A stretch of DNA of 64,000 nt, from the NCBI GenBank assembly GCA_900088475.1, contig FLMG01001010.1, forward strand, positions 124,001 through 188,000, written 5' to 3'. A model generated the notes under the pieces. The model was given only the letters and a program-made list of their open reading frames with translations, searched no databases and had not been told where the DNA came from. The position numbers and the translations under genes were made by a program. Shown piece after piece: positions 46,653-58,975 of this stretch (position 1 is its first letter; every line of letters begins with the position of its first letter). The DNA comes from Hyphochytrium catenoides. Taxonomy: Eukaryota; Protista; Hyphochytriomycota.

Positions 46653-46944
46653 CCTTCCTAGTTCGAGCGCCTGGGCCAAACATCAAATACCGTTCAGCGA
46701 GAGGACATACGGAAAGAGAGAGAGGACGAGAGAGGGTCATCAGCAGAAAAGAAAGGAAGAAAAGACAGATGAACAGAGTCCAAGGGACAGTGTCTGGCCG
46801 CCTGTATGTCGGCTCTAGCTAGCTAAGGAAAGGAGCTAATGTTCATCACTTGTTATTATTTACTATCAAACAGAAAGACATGGTTCTATCCTCACAGAAA
46901 GCAGCGTGAGGTAGTTAGAGAGTGAAGTTAGGAGAGTGGCCTTT

Positions 46945-49306
46945 TTAGGTAAGAAGATTGGCGATCTGAAGATACTTGGCACTGGAGTACTTCTTCTTCA
47001 CGGCCTGCAAGCTCTGTGTCGAGAATGTGATGCCTATCCCATTAAGAATCTCTTTCATATCATTGACGCAACCGATCAGACTTTCTTCGCTAAAATGACT
47101 GTGGTGGGCCAGAGCGGGGGTCTAGCAGTGGAGAGAGTGGACGAAGGAGACGTTAAGCCCAACCACTGCTACTTGTCCTGACCAAGGAGAGACACTGAAG
47201 AAAGAGTCTTTATGGCCACCTTCTAGCAACACCGAAGAGGACTCACAAGAATGGCCAAACTAGAATGTCCAGAAAGAGCTAGCTCCTGGATCATTTACAA
47301 GATGGGGAGAGTGGTGCTTACCCAGGGAACCTTCTTCTGAAGGATCTTTCTAGAGAGGAAGACACCAGCGGCGGCAAGGGTGGAGGGAGTGTACTTGAGC
47401 ATCTTGTACTCTTGTAGCGTCCGCTCGCATATATAGTGGGCCAGGTGCTTCATGAACTCATCGTCATTCGGAGAGGACTCCCCATGCGTTGCTTGGTTGC
47501 CTTTTAGCCAAACAAGGGAAGTGGTTAGGTGGCAATCCAGATTAAAGTTATTTCCTTTGCCTGGTTCTCCTGTCACGCACCAAGCATTGCGGCCTTCAGA
47601 TAACGTGTCAGGAAGAAAAGAGGTGTCGCCACAGTGACCTGATATGGGAAAAGAAGGACAAACAAGTGAGTGGGCTAGGACGATCACTTCTCTTACAGGG
47701 AGGGAACAAGTATAGAGAGAATCTTACCTGGAATTCCATGGCGTTGAGCATCTCTTCCTCCATCTCCAGGATCTCCTGTCGGTTGTACGCTTTATCCGTA
47801 ATGTAGACAAGGTCCCGGATGTCAGGAGGGTAGATTTCTTCGTACTTTGAGGCAATCAGTAAGGCAGTGACCCCTGTAGGGATAGCACGATTAGAAAGAA
47901 GAAGTAACAAGGAGGCAATAAGGACGGAGCAAAAACAGGGAGTGTTAGGTATACAAAGCAGCCTTGTAGTATACTGAATGGACCTACCAATTAACTGAAG
48001 CTTGCCCCGAACAATTTCCCGCCTGCTGAGGTATCTGTGGATAGAGAAGGAGAGCCATTATGAATGATACTTTGTGATTGCTTCACGAGCTTATCAGGTA
48101 GAAGTCTTACCTGTCAATGAGTGAGACAGTGAGGTAGAGTACCTGAGCCTCCAGCTTGAACTTTAGATGAACCTACGTTTTGGACGTATAGAAGTGGAAA
48201 GGAGATGAGTAGGAGCCAGGACGCAAACTAACGTCTCACGCCTTACCTCAACCAGCCAGTCAATAAGAATGGCACGCATCTTCTCATTGATATCAGGCTG
48301 GTTAGCGATGTAGTTTGGCGGAACCGCCCGTTCCTCCTATAAAGAAAGGGTCAGAGGAACAATGGAGCCATGGAAGAGAGCCAAGCGATAAGGAGAGCCA
48401 TCAGCGCTATGTGCGCTTTGTTGAGTCTATTCTCTCACTATGCTCACCTCCAGCCTTTTGTAGTTTGAATGCATGTCTTCCACGTATTCAGCCACCATCA
48501 GTGGGTCCTCGAGGTCCTCAGAGTCAATGTCGAACATTTTGGGTTGCTTCTTTTCTAGTGAGAGGGCAGGAGACATGTCGGACATTTGGTTCGCACAGTC
48601 TAACGCCAGCTTTTGGAAGGAGGTGCTTGGACTAAGCATAGACATAACAGTCGTCTCTGTGGCGCGAGTGACTCGGTTAGGAAAAGCGCAGGGGAGGACA
48701 ACAGACAGATACAGGTTGCCCTACCAGTCACCGAGATGCTCTCTCTTTCCACCGACTTGCTTACAACCTGATGCGACTTCGTAACCCCAACACTGGCAGT
48801 GGTTTCCAGTCTCGCGCTCTGGGAAGACGTTTTCTGGTAGAGTTTGAAGCGTAAGAAAGGAGAAGTGAGGTGAGCATCGTATCACGGACAAGTCCATATC
48901 TTTCTCTTTGTCGCTGACTTACCGCTTTCTTCCCCTGACCAAAGGAGGAGCCATCAGCTCTGGTGCCTGTCTTGGCATTGGTCATGTCCCCAAGGACTGC
49001 CCTCCGTGTACCCAGGACTCCATGTTTGCTTGTCCCATCTTTGCCTGGAGCAGGAGAAGCGGTATGTCAGTGCACTGTTGGAAGTCCGGTGTAGAGAGAG
49101 ATTAGCTCTCTGTTACCTGCTCCAAGCCCTCCTTTCGTGGTACCTGACGCGCCACTCTTGCTCCGAGTGAGCGGGGCATTCTCATCATAAACTTGGAACT
49201 GATGTGGGGATCAAGATTTAAGAGAAAAGGCAGAAGGGGAGGGCCCCGTTACACTGACTTGAATTATCTAAGAAGAGTCACTGATTGAGCCTACCACGGT
49301 CGGCAT
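46945..49306 (-). CDS. CYCB: Mitotic B-type cyclin, multi-exon
   Basis: N-terminus MPTV|FQVYDENAP and D-box RAVLGDMTN (48977-49003). The cyclin box reads [22 protein letters not shown]...[11 protein letters not shown]...[22 protein letters not shown]...LVYITDKAY. The C-terminus has [13 protein letters not shown]. Confidence 0.95.
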
Positions 49307-49736
49307 ATTGGAATGGAGGAGGCGTTGATCTAGGCGGGTCCGTAGAAAATGTCGAGGAGAAAACAGTCTCAATGCCTCTGTCGCCTGGTGCACACCTTCA
49401 GCCAGCAAAGCAAGAGTAAAGAGAAGAGCTCGGATAGCTGGGAAGATGGTAATGCATCCAGAAGCTTTGGCTCTACTGGGCTCTGATGAGTCTCCGTTAG
49501 GCAGAAGAGATCGTAACAGACAAAAAGGGAAGATCAACAGGAAAGCAGGACTCGGCGAACAAGGAAAAGATTGACCGGTACGGAGCGGTGTCTGTGAGTG
49601 TCAAGCTGGGATCGAAAGAGAGAAGGAGACAGAGTGAGTGGAAGAGGGAAAGGGCCAGAAACGAGCGACGGCAGGCAGACAGGCTCTGTTTGTTCGAGAG
49701 AAAAGGAGGGTAAAACGAAGCAAGGAGAAAGGGACA

Positions 49737-49821
49737 AGAGAGAAAGAGAGCAAGCAAACGAGAGAGAGAGAAAGAGAGTGAAGGAGAGAGAGAGAGAGAG
49801 AGAAAAAGAGAGAGAGAGAGG

Positions 49822-49862
<41 letters not shown>
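49737..49862. repeat. Imperfect (GA)n polypurine tract upstream of cyclin B
   Basis: About 125 bp of GA repeats. Confidence 0.95.
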
Positions 49863-49863
<1 letters not shown>

Positions 49864-49865
<2 letters not shown>

Positions 49866-50151
49866 ACGGGGAGACCAGTTGATCGCTCGCGCTGGTGGAA
49901 AGAGAATCTAGCCTTGAAGGCATCCTACCCACCCTGAACCTATTTTTCGAGGTAAAGTAAATAGAGTAAGGGATACCAAATATTACTACTTCGCACCCTT
50001 TTCTTGCTGGTTGGTGCGCTGTTCCTGGTAGAGCTCTATGTGAAATGATAGTGTGCTTGCTAAGGATGGGTGGGCGCTCATTAGGTATCCTAACGTCAGT
50101 TGGTCTTTGTATTTTGTATTTATGACGGTTGACCTCGGGAGCGGCTAACCG
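49864..50151. promoter_or_regulatory. Putative cyclin B promoter core with five MYB-like YAACNG sites and a CHR-like CTTGAA
   Basis: TAACGG at 49864, CAGTTG at 49876 and 50097, CGGTTG at 50126, TAACCG at 50146, and CTTGAA at 49913. Motif matches only. Confidence 0.45.
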
Positions 50152-50170
50152 CCTTNNNNNNNNNNNNNNN

Positions 50171-50223
<53 letters not shown>

Positions 50224-50325
50224 CCTCTCTCTTTCTCTTACTTTTCATCTCTCTCTCTATTTCTCCTCCGTACTGCTTTCTCCTCTCTCTCTCTATCTAT
50301 CTCTATCTCTGTCTCTCTCTCTCAC
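50171..50325. repeat. Imperfect (CT)n polypyrimidine tract, inverted relative to the GA tract at 49737-49862
   Basis: Read directly; it abuts the N gap at 50156-50170. Confidence 0.95.
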
Positions 50326-51403
50326 ACACATTCATGACTTTCCATCACACTTTGTCTTGCTCGCCAAGTTCATTTCTTTTTGCCTTTTGTTGGTCTCTCA
50401 GGAGCTCTCTCCAGCTCTCTCAGACTTTCTCCCCAGCTCACTCCTCTGTTCTCCCCTCTCCCTGAACCCAAGGATACACTGTCCGAGCTTGAGTCTCGGG
50501 GCTCTGTGCGCCGGTCCTCCCGTGAGTGATGAGCCTCGATAGCGGCATTGGATGGAGATTCAAAGAGCTCTCGCTAGAGTTGTGCCAGAGCAGATCTCAA
50601 TGCCCCTCAAGTTAGAACTTGCCTTGACTTTTCGGTTGTCGCCAGCCCTACTTTCTAGCTGCTTCATTCTTTTCTCGGCGGATGATGTTCCGCCTGGGTT
50701 CTACTAGATTACCTCGCACCCATCATGATTTGTTGATCGCGCAGATTCGTCCTCCCACTTCTTGTCTCGCCACAGAGTGCAAAGGTCAACTCCTCTGCAA
50801 GGGCGAAGGGCGGTGGGCCGTGGGAGAAACAGCATATGGTTGAGGGTCACAAGCCTGCCCTTACAGCTCGTCCTTTGACTGTTAATGTCCTCACTCAGCC
50901 ACACTACGCAACAAAAGTAACGTATACAACCGTCTGACCAATGCTACGCTAAGTTCATAGCTAAGATCAAGCTCATAGGCCCGTCCGCATGAGCCCAGGA
51001 GGGCATAACGCCCTATCGTTCTTGTCTGCTAGGCTAATATTCCTGTTCCCTTCACTGCTCTATTTAGCACTTTTAACACGATGGCTAGGTCTGCTATCAA
51101 GGGAACACATCTCCCTCGCTAAAGTGGGCGTACCAACCAGTGACACAGCTAACAGAGAAAGGGCCAAAGCTAAGAGTTACAGAGCAGAACGCTAGCTACA
51201 GAGCTGAGAGGGGAGTTCCTATACCAAAAAGCCGGGCGGCATGAACTCTACGTCTCGCGGTGCCCATAGCATCTCCACGGCCACCGCGCTTCAAGCGTCA
51301 GTGCTCTGTCCTATGGTAGACAAAGCAGCTCTTTAATTTTGCTAATAAATATTCTTCCCTTTGTTCAGCCTATGTGGCTTACGTGTGAGCACAAACTGCA
51401 TTG

Positions 51404-54400
51404 TCAAGGGCCTCCACCGAGATCAGCCTTCAGTTTTGGATACAATGCTAGGGCAACTCGCTGACACACTGTGAGGAACCTAACCCACTCTTCTGCTGCC
51501 AAGCCAAGCTTATAGGTGGACGTAGTAGCAGACGAAGAGGAGGGTAAGGGCTGCACACCGCCCTGGAGCCTGGCAAGTCGCGGAAAGACGCTAGAAAACG
51601 AACCAGTCAGCAGTGTCCAAACGAGTTGCCATTTCTCTTCCTTACTATCTAAAGTCCTCACTTTCTCCAACATGGTCAACTACCAAGGAATAATTCTCCT
51701 CACCTTATGAACGCGTCAAAGAGTTGGTTCAGCTGAACCGCTGGCATTGTGAACGTCCGCAAAAAATCAAAGAACTGCACGGATTGTGTGGCCCCGTTGG
51801 CAGCCAAGGATAGACGGTGTCAAGAGAAGTGAGTGAAGTGTGCTTAGGCTATTGGAACCCGACTCTCATACGACTTGTGCTCGAACAAGACTCACCACGC
51901 TCCAACAGTCATCAAAGAAGCTCTTATATTCTTTCTGGTGGGTCAGCCCATGGCTGATATTGAGAAGCTAAGGGAGGTCGGGTCAGTCAACCCATTTTAT
52001 AGAAGGTAAAACCCTTTCTTACCCCTTTCGCAAGGACGCGCGCAGACTCTTCCAAAGAGTGCTTCTGACCGTCCACTTGCTCTTCAAACTGCTCCTGGGA
52101 ACGTACAAAAGGAAAAAGACGGAGAGGGCGATGGAGGTGAAGGACAATCTAGGAAACTTTAAAAGAGAGATCTCACTTACTAATATCGACGAAGTGTGAT
52201 CAAAGTATTGAGACTCAAGGACTTTGCTCTCTTACCGCTATCTTTGCGACATATTCGTCAAGTGTCGTCTTGTCGGTGAAAAGAAGGCTCTTTATTTCTC
52301 TCAGCCGAGAGAGGAATCCCGTGTCAATATCCAAACCCGTGCTCTGAAGCATGGCAGACTGCACTGCACGTGGTGCAGAAAGGTTAAAAGTAAAGTAAGA
52401 AGGGCGAGACTGTCCCAACCGACGGGAGATATAGAGTTGAAACACCTTCCGCTATTGCCTCCGTTAGTTCTGTGGCCGAGAATGACTCGCGACTGCTGGT
52501 GCCTGGAAATTTGTTCTGCCGTCCTGTCGCCACGGCGCACAAATCATAGGAAGAGGACGCCAGAATACGTGCCCGCGACCAGATTGAAAACAGTCAACGG
52601 TTCGTACTCTAGAATAGAGACGCAGCGAGGAGAAGACGCACCGTCAGGTTTGTCAACAGCGTCCTCCACATGTAGAGCTAACTTGGCTGTTGCTGTTTCT
52701 AGGACAGGAACGTGTCAGAAAAGCCGCAGATTAGATGACCGGCATCAAGTTATTGAAGAGCGCAATGCTTGTTGGGAGTGTGGAGTCCGCATACAGAACG
52801 TTTTCACAAAGGACCTCCCCAAAGTAACTCCACGTAAGGACCAGGGACAAACGAACGACATGGCAGAGCCCTGTACTATCTTACCGATCTGCGGCAGCGA
52901 CCCACCTAACGAATAGCTGGCAATAGATCGCGCACCAGGGCTCCCTCGTCTTTGCTGCATCATGCCACCCACATTCATGCTCGCCCATGAACTAACACTG
53001 ACATTGTCCCCTACGGGATCAATCTATCAGCGACCAGCCCTTTCTGTCGGTTTTGAGATCTATTTCGCTCTCCCTTTCTCATATCCTTTGTGACACTACC
53101 GTCTCTGGCGTCGGTGCTTGCACACGCTTGTCTCTCGTACCTGCTACCTCCGGTGACGCTCTTCGATGCAACCAGAAAGAGATCATATGGATAACACACT
53201 TCTCCAAGTCATGCCTAGGTTATACAAGGAGAGAAGTTCTATCAGGTGCCTGCCAGAATTCGTCAAAAAGGCCCACTCAGCCAAAGCCGTAAGGAGCTTG
53301 GGGTGCGTAGTCATAGCGTTGCAGGAAGGCAGATAAGTAGGAGAGCTGCATGAGACCTACAGCGTCAGAAGCATTGCCTTCCCCTTCCTCATCGGAATCT
53401 GGAACTTGTTCCGCAAGAGGAAGAGAATGCAGACGTATCTCCTACACAAGGAGACACTTGAGATGGTTGACAACAAACCAGCTCAGCGCAAACGGAGCCT
53501 ACTCCTTCTCTTTAACCGTTCCTATCCATCCTCACTGACTTCTTTTCTCGTCGCTGTCTGTTGTGTGCGACCCCTCTCTCTCTCTTCCCCCGCCTCTCTC
53601 TACACCCCGCCGCGCTTTCTTCCCTCCCTCACGCTTTCGTGTGTAGGTGTGCCTCTCTCTCTCAGGTTCCTACCCGGTTGCTATCGACGTCTAACCATCT
53701 ACATTTCTCAGACACCCATCCTCTCAAGGTCCGCATCTACTTCCTCCTACTTCTCCGGTCTCCAGATCCTCTCATTAACCCCTTATCCTCATATCCAGCG
53801 CACTCTCTTACAATGCTAGAGCGTTGGGGAACTTGAAGTAGTCCTTCAGGTCCTGGAACACATTGTTCTGAAAATTTTTCTCTTCCATCGCAGTGAAGAT
53901 GCGACGCAGGTTGTCGAACTGTCTTCGACAGCTGTGGGAAGATTAGACCAGGGAGATAGTGGCAGACGCAAGGATAAGACTCAGTGCTTACTGTCTTCCT
54001 CCAGCGTCTTGCTTACCTCTTCGTGTTGATGAGTGTCTGTTCACTGACCTCGTCCAGGTCCTTGCGAACCTTAGTGGTGAGCTTCTTCCCGATAAAATGG
54101 CGAATAACCTCATCATCAAAGCTGAAAAATCTGCGGAGGGGAGACAGCCGAGAGTTGCTTTTCGTCAGCCACTCAGCACAAAGGGCCAGGAGTCCGGCCC
54201 CCACAACCTCAGGGAATTGACAACGAACTCGCATTCTCCGTTGGAAAGCTAGAGATGAAGAGGGCATAGATGAGGGACGACCTCTGACACGCGAATAAGA
54301 GAGATTAGGAGACATGCCAAGAATGATAGCGGCCAAGCAGACCTTTCAATGAGTGTTGAGCGGGATGTAGGGTCCAAGTGATAAAGCATCTGCTTATTGA

Positions 54401-55488
54401 ATAGTAACGGTCTCTCCAGATAGTATTCCAAGAACTCATACACGCGGTACTGCAGCCCCAGGATGATTTAGAGCGGGACGGACATGATCCGTATAGGAGC
54501 AAACACGGTGGTATGAGTTAGCCTGCTAGCTCAATCAGCGCTTTCGGTCTTCTTCGCCACCTGATCAATAGTATCTCTCAGAAGCAAGTCGCGCAGCCTA
54601 GCAATATCGACGTCATCGGCACCTTCCTCGGACCTAGGAATGGTAGAAGGAGGAGACATGAAGGCATCATGGTGAAAGGCCAGCAGCTGCACAGAGGGAA
54701 CTAAAGAGAAAGGGGCAAGAAGGTTGCAAGGAGGTTAAGCAGAGACCAGACCAGCGTAAGGTCAGATTAGGCAAAGAGAGAGAAGGGGGCCTAGGCATTA
54801 GAGCTACAATGTCTTGGAGCCTAGGGAAATGAGGGAGTTCAGGTCGCAGACGAACAACAGAGCTGCGATAGCGTTCTCACCCAGGCAGTTTTCCTTCCGC
54901 CAGCGAGACATCTGCGGAGGAATCATATAAGACGGGAAACACTTAGACGGCTGAGAACTATAACGCAGGATTGCCAAGAGCAGTAAGGGGAAAGGCTTTA
55001 AAGAGAGAGATATGACAGATGGAAACAGAGCAAAAAGGGGAGATAGGGAGAAAAGAAGATTAGCTTAGCTCTTATACTGACCACCGATGTCTCCGCCAGG
55101 CTTGGGAGCATGCAAGCCGTTATTATGTCCAGTCTGCGCTTCAGCTGCTGGCTCATCAGAGCTTCCAGGAAGGTTGAAGGCCTGTTGACGGCGTACAAAG
55201 GTCTCGCGAGCTACATACGGGTGGAGCGAAGCACCGAGTCAGGAACATAACTTATAACAACGACTCAGTGAAGCGAAGATGGAGATGATGGAGCCGACCA
55301 GGGACCGGATGACTAAGGTGGTACTAGAAGGAAGAAACGCGGCGAAGCAACAGACGAAAGCGTCCATAGCCTGCGAAGGTAGAAGGAGGATGCACTCGCT
55401 CACCGCTGAAGCCTTGAACCCAGGCGTCGAAGACATCCATATCGACCATCACCGGGTCCGTTACGAACACGTCAAAGAGCACTTCCAT
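51404..55488 (-). CDS. FIBP: Acidic FGF intracellular-binding protein (FIBP) homologue, multi-exon
   Basis: Segments MEVLFDVFVTDPVMVDMDVFDAWVQGFS, YRVYEFLEYYLERP, FFSFDDEVIRHFIGKKLTTKVRKDLDEVSEQT, CRRQFDNLRRIF, DLEKCVIHMISFW, LDIDTGFLSRLREIK and WVRFLTVC follow the FIBP motif order. Confidence 0.92.
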
Positions 55489-56371
55489 CTTGCCCTCGGA
55501 CGGCTTCGCAGAACTAAAGACAGGTATCTATAGAGACAATAGCCAGCGGAGCTCACAGGAGTGGAAGCCGCGGACGACCTTAGATGGGCAAATGCTTCCA
55601 CCAGTCTTTCTTAGCGCTGAGATTGCTGGTAAAATGATATCGCTGACCTTGTCCGAGTACCTCCTGCAGATCAGAATGAGCCAATGCCAACAAGCGCAAG
55701 AACCGCCGGGCGATGGACTGTCATCATATCAACGGCACGTACTCTGCCTTGCCCTATCGTAGCTTTACTATGGCACTCCAGGGCTGGGATGTTGACTGCC
55801 GTCCTGTCGGAGTAGCCACTCGCTAAATGAGACATTGGGATTTGAAGATGAAGATCTGGCAAGGATTCGCATTCTCAAGTTTCTCAACAGCTTTTCACGC
55901 GTAGAAGTAGGTGCTAACGCCCAGGAGCGCAGACATTGGCACAACTGATCCCAGCATCTGTGTGATGATGTGCTTCATTGCTGGACACAAAGGTGTAGAT
56001 AGAGCTCTTTCTCTCTCTCTTGGTCTACGTTGTCGATTGGGCTTGATGGTCCATCAAACTCAACAATAGGAAGGTAGTCTCCAGGACCAGGGGATCTCTC
56101 AGAGCAAGACAGGTGAAGCATAAGATCTAAGAGCGGTATTTATCGTGGTGAGCGAATCTCTAGTATTTAAAGTTCTACCGTCAGCAGGCGTACAAGCATG
56201 GGAGTACAAGGACGTTGTAACTCCTAATCTGTACTTCCAGAGCCATAGAGAGCCACGTTCAAAGTCTACGAGGATAGCCTTGCTTAGCGAGGAAGATGGC
56301 CAAGAAGACAACGCAGGAGGAGACACGGATTGGCGCTATATTTCGCTGTTGAGCGATTGGCTTAAAGACCA

Positions 56372-58975
56372 TTAGTGAAGCTTCTGCTCTTCTGATAGCT
56401 TGTCTAGATGCACGTAGGCGTCGGTTCCATAGCCTTCCATTGGCATAATGTTGAGGTCGCCACCGAAGTATCTACGTCGAAGAGAGAAGCAATAATAAGT
56501 TCCCCCTCTCACTTTTCTGTCACTATGGTCATCTAAACTATTCTTTCTCTCCACAACTGTCTCCCACCGTCGGGCCTTGATTGGTTCCCGTTGTGCATTG
56601 TTCGATACATGCGTCGCTTCTGCACATCAGTCTCCGTGCTTGCGCTCTACCTTACCCACATCTCCCTCCCTAGCCCAGAATCGCTATTTGATAGCGTTCT
56701 GGCCACGCTGGACGGTCTCTCAATAGCTTTCTTCGTCTCACCTGGCGTACAGCCTAGCGATAGGCAGTCCAAAGCCTCCAGATAGGCCAATATGGCTCTG
56801 CGACTGATGGGACGCCTGGGCTAAGTCCGTTTGGACACTATCGTCTACATCCACCCTCTTGTCCAACGGGGAGGAAATCGGGTCGTACTCCGCAGCGAAA
56901 TACCTGCTGCGACTAACGTAGGACCAAAGAGACGGGATATCTGTGAAGGGGATGCCGCCGCCTTGATCAGAAACCTAATGGAGATGGATCAAAGGTGACG
57001 GAAAGCAGTTAGGCCTGAGCAAGAAGAGAATGAAAATGAATGCGACGCTGTGTTAGTGGTTAGCTCCATCACATCTCACTCTCGGCGGTTGCGGAGAAGC
57101 TCTTGTTTCCGTTCATTTGATGATACAACGTATATTTTATCTTTCTCCAAAGGCAGGTGCTGACCTTTATCGTCACTCCCTTCTGTCCTCCTGCGACGCG
57201 CACTTCAATGTCCGGGTGCATCTTCCCTCTGAACTTCAACGCCACCCTTTGCATCGAGTACTTCAGTAGCTCGGCCGAGACCACCTCGATGTGGGACGGA
57301 ATGTATTTGAACAGCACCTCCGCTCCGCCCTGGATTTTCACCTGTAAGGCGGAAGGAATGAATGTAAGAGTCAAGATCTGTGAAAGGGGCTCTCACAGAT
57401 GGGCAATCGATACTATTAGAGACAGGGCAGGACCGAAAGGGGCGAAGCGGTTGCGCACCTGAGGGGAGACACCATATCGTGCTGCGCACCACTTCTGAAC
57501 CTTAGGAACTACCTGCCTTATGACCTGCACTGGGGAGCACGCCTCTGCGATAATGCCGTGACTACCAGGGTGATTTTTCTGGGAAGAGGCAGATGGCATT
57601 TGATCAATATCAAATACTCTGCTAAGGGCCAATAGCGAGTCAATAGCACCAGCTGAGGCGAGTCGCTATATAAGGAGCACCAATGGTGCAGCAGCACTCT
57701 ACGACAAAAGAGAACGGATCGGAAGGGCACGACCATGCTCAAAGGTCAGACACACCTGCACGGCTATATGCTGGTCGATAATCATCCTCAGAGTAATCCT
57801 GGACTTGTAGAACCTGCAGGAGGCAGCCCATCCAAAGGCAGAAGTTTCAAAGGTCAACTTGGAGCTCAGTCTACTCAGCCGTCAATGAACCTCCTGCCAT
57901 GTATTTCTCCTCTAAGGAATTCTATTTCCATCACGAGTTACCTATCAAGGATAGCATCGAGTTCCGCGGATGATTCTCCTTCCCACTCTGCCAGCGCCTC
58001 GGTCATGTGATCGTGCATGCCAGAGTGTCTCTCTCTAATAGACATCTGTAGACGCATGTATTCGCGCTCTTGCTCCATGTTCTTAGGCATTGGAAAGCTG
58101 GAGCATGTTAGTCAACAGTGGCCTGTATAGGGGCGAACATGTGGCAAAACTAAAAAGGACACGGAGACAACAAGCGCCGACACGAGAAAATTTGGCGTGA
58201 AGTTCTTCTAAGGGGGGCTAAGAGAGGCAAGAGAAAGCAGTCTCTCAAAGGACAGCTTAGTAACAAAAGTGTCGCATGAAGAACTGAAGAGGTCTGTCAA
58301 ACGAGTCAGTGGATAATGAGAGGACTGTATGCATTAGGGCACTCGTGCGAGAAGAGTGATAGGCAGAAGAGAAGCCAAAGGATACTCACTTGTACATCTG
58401 CTCAAAGCTTTCCAGAAGAAGGTTGCGGAGCTGGAGTATGTGCGGATTCTCTACCAAGCTGTCAGGAAGGCTCTCGAGGTCAACAATGCGTCGTGCTAGC
58501 CGTATAGGCACCTCCCGATGGAGAAATTGCACCGATTCAATCACCTTCGGCTCATTCTCCGCTACATGCAATAGGATTGTAAGGAAGAACGATCGCTTTG
58601 CCCCATGTTCTTCACTTACCCAGCCACTGCAAAAAAAGAGCACAGTGTTCAGCGCGATAGACATTGACAGAGACCAGAGTTAGAGTCAAAAACGTTTACC
58701 TGGTTCCACGATAAGCTATCGATGCTTATCGGGCTTGGACCAAGTTCATAGAGGGACTTCAACGTGATGGGGGTTGTCGGTACATGATGTAGTCGGTAGA
58801 CATCAGATATCGTTTTCTCCGAAGCCTCAAAAGTGCTGAGCTTGCGGACGGCTTGTGTGTGCCTGCGAATGAACTGTCAGGCATCCCGCCTCTCATCACC
58901 TATTCAGATAAAGCGTTGGCACCTTAACCACTGCTGGCTGAGCGGTCGGATTCTGGCCCAATTGCTCAGATTCAT
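56372..58975 (-). CDS. PDK: Mitochondrial alpha-ketoacid dehydrogenase kinase (PDK/BCKDK family), divergent; about 9 exons
   Basis: Presequence-like MNLSNWARIRPLSQQWLRHTQAVRKLST. Motifs FLHREVPIRLARRIVDLESLP, LDRFYKSRITLRMIIDQH, FKYIPSHI, ELLKYSMQR, VSDQGGGIP and [34 protein letters not shown]. Confidence 0.92.

Noticed and set aside
49534-50542. ORFs 49534-49932, 49598-49882 and 50129-50542 (SLSLSL / ERERER)
   Set aside because: These are translations of GA/CT microsatellites.
55490-56375. Short ORFs between the FIBP start and the PDK stop
   Set aside because: No motifs or coherent exon chain; the region is better explained as PDK 3' UTR and FIBP promoter.
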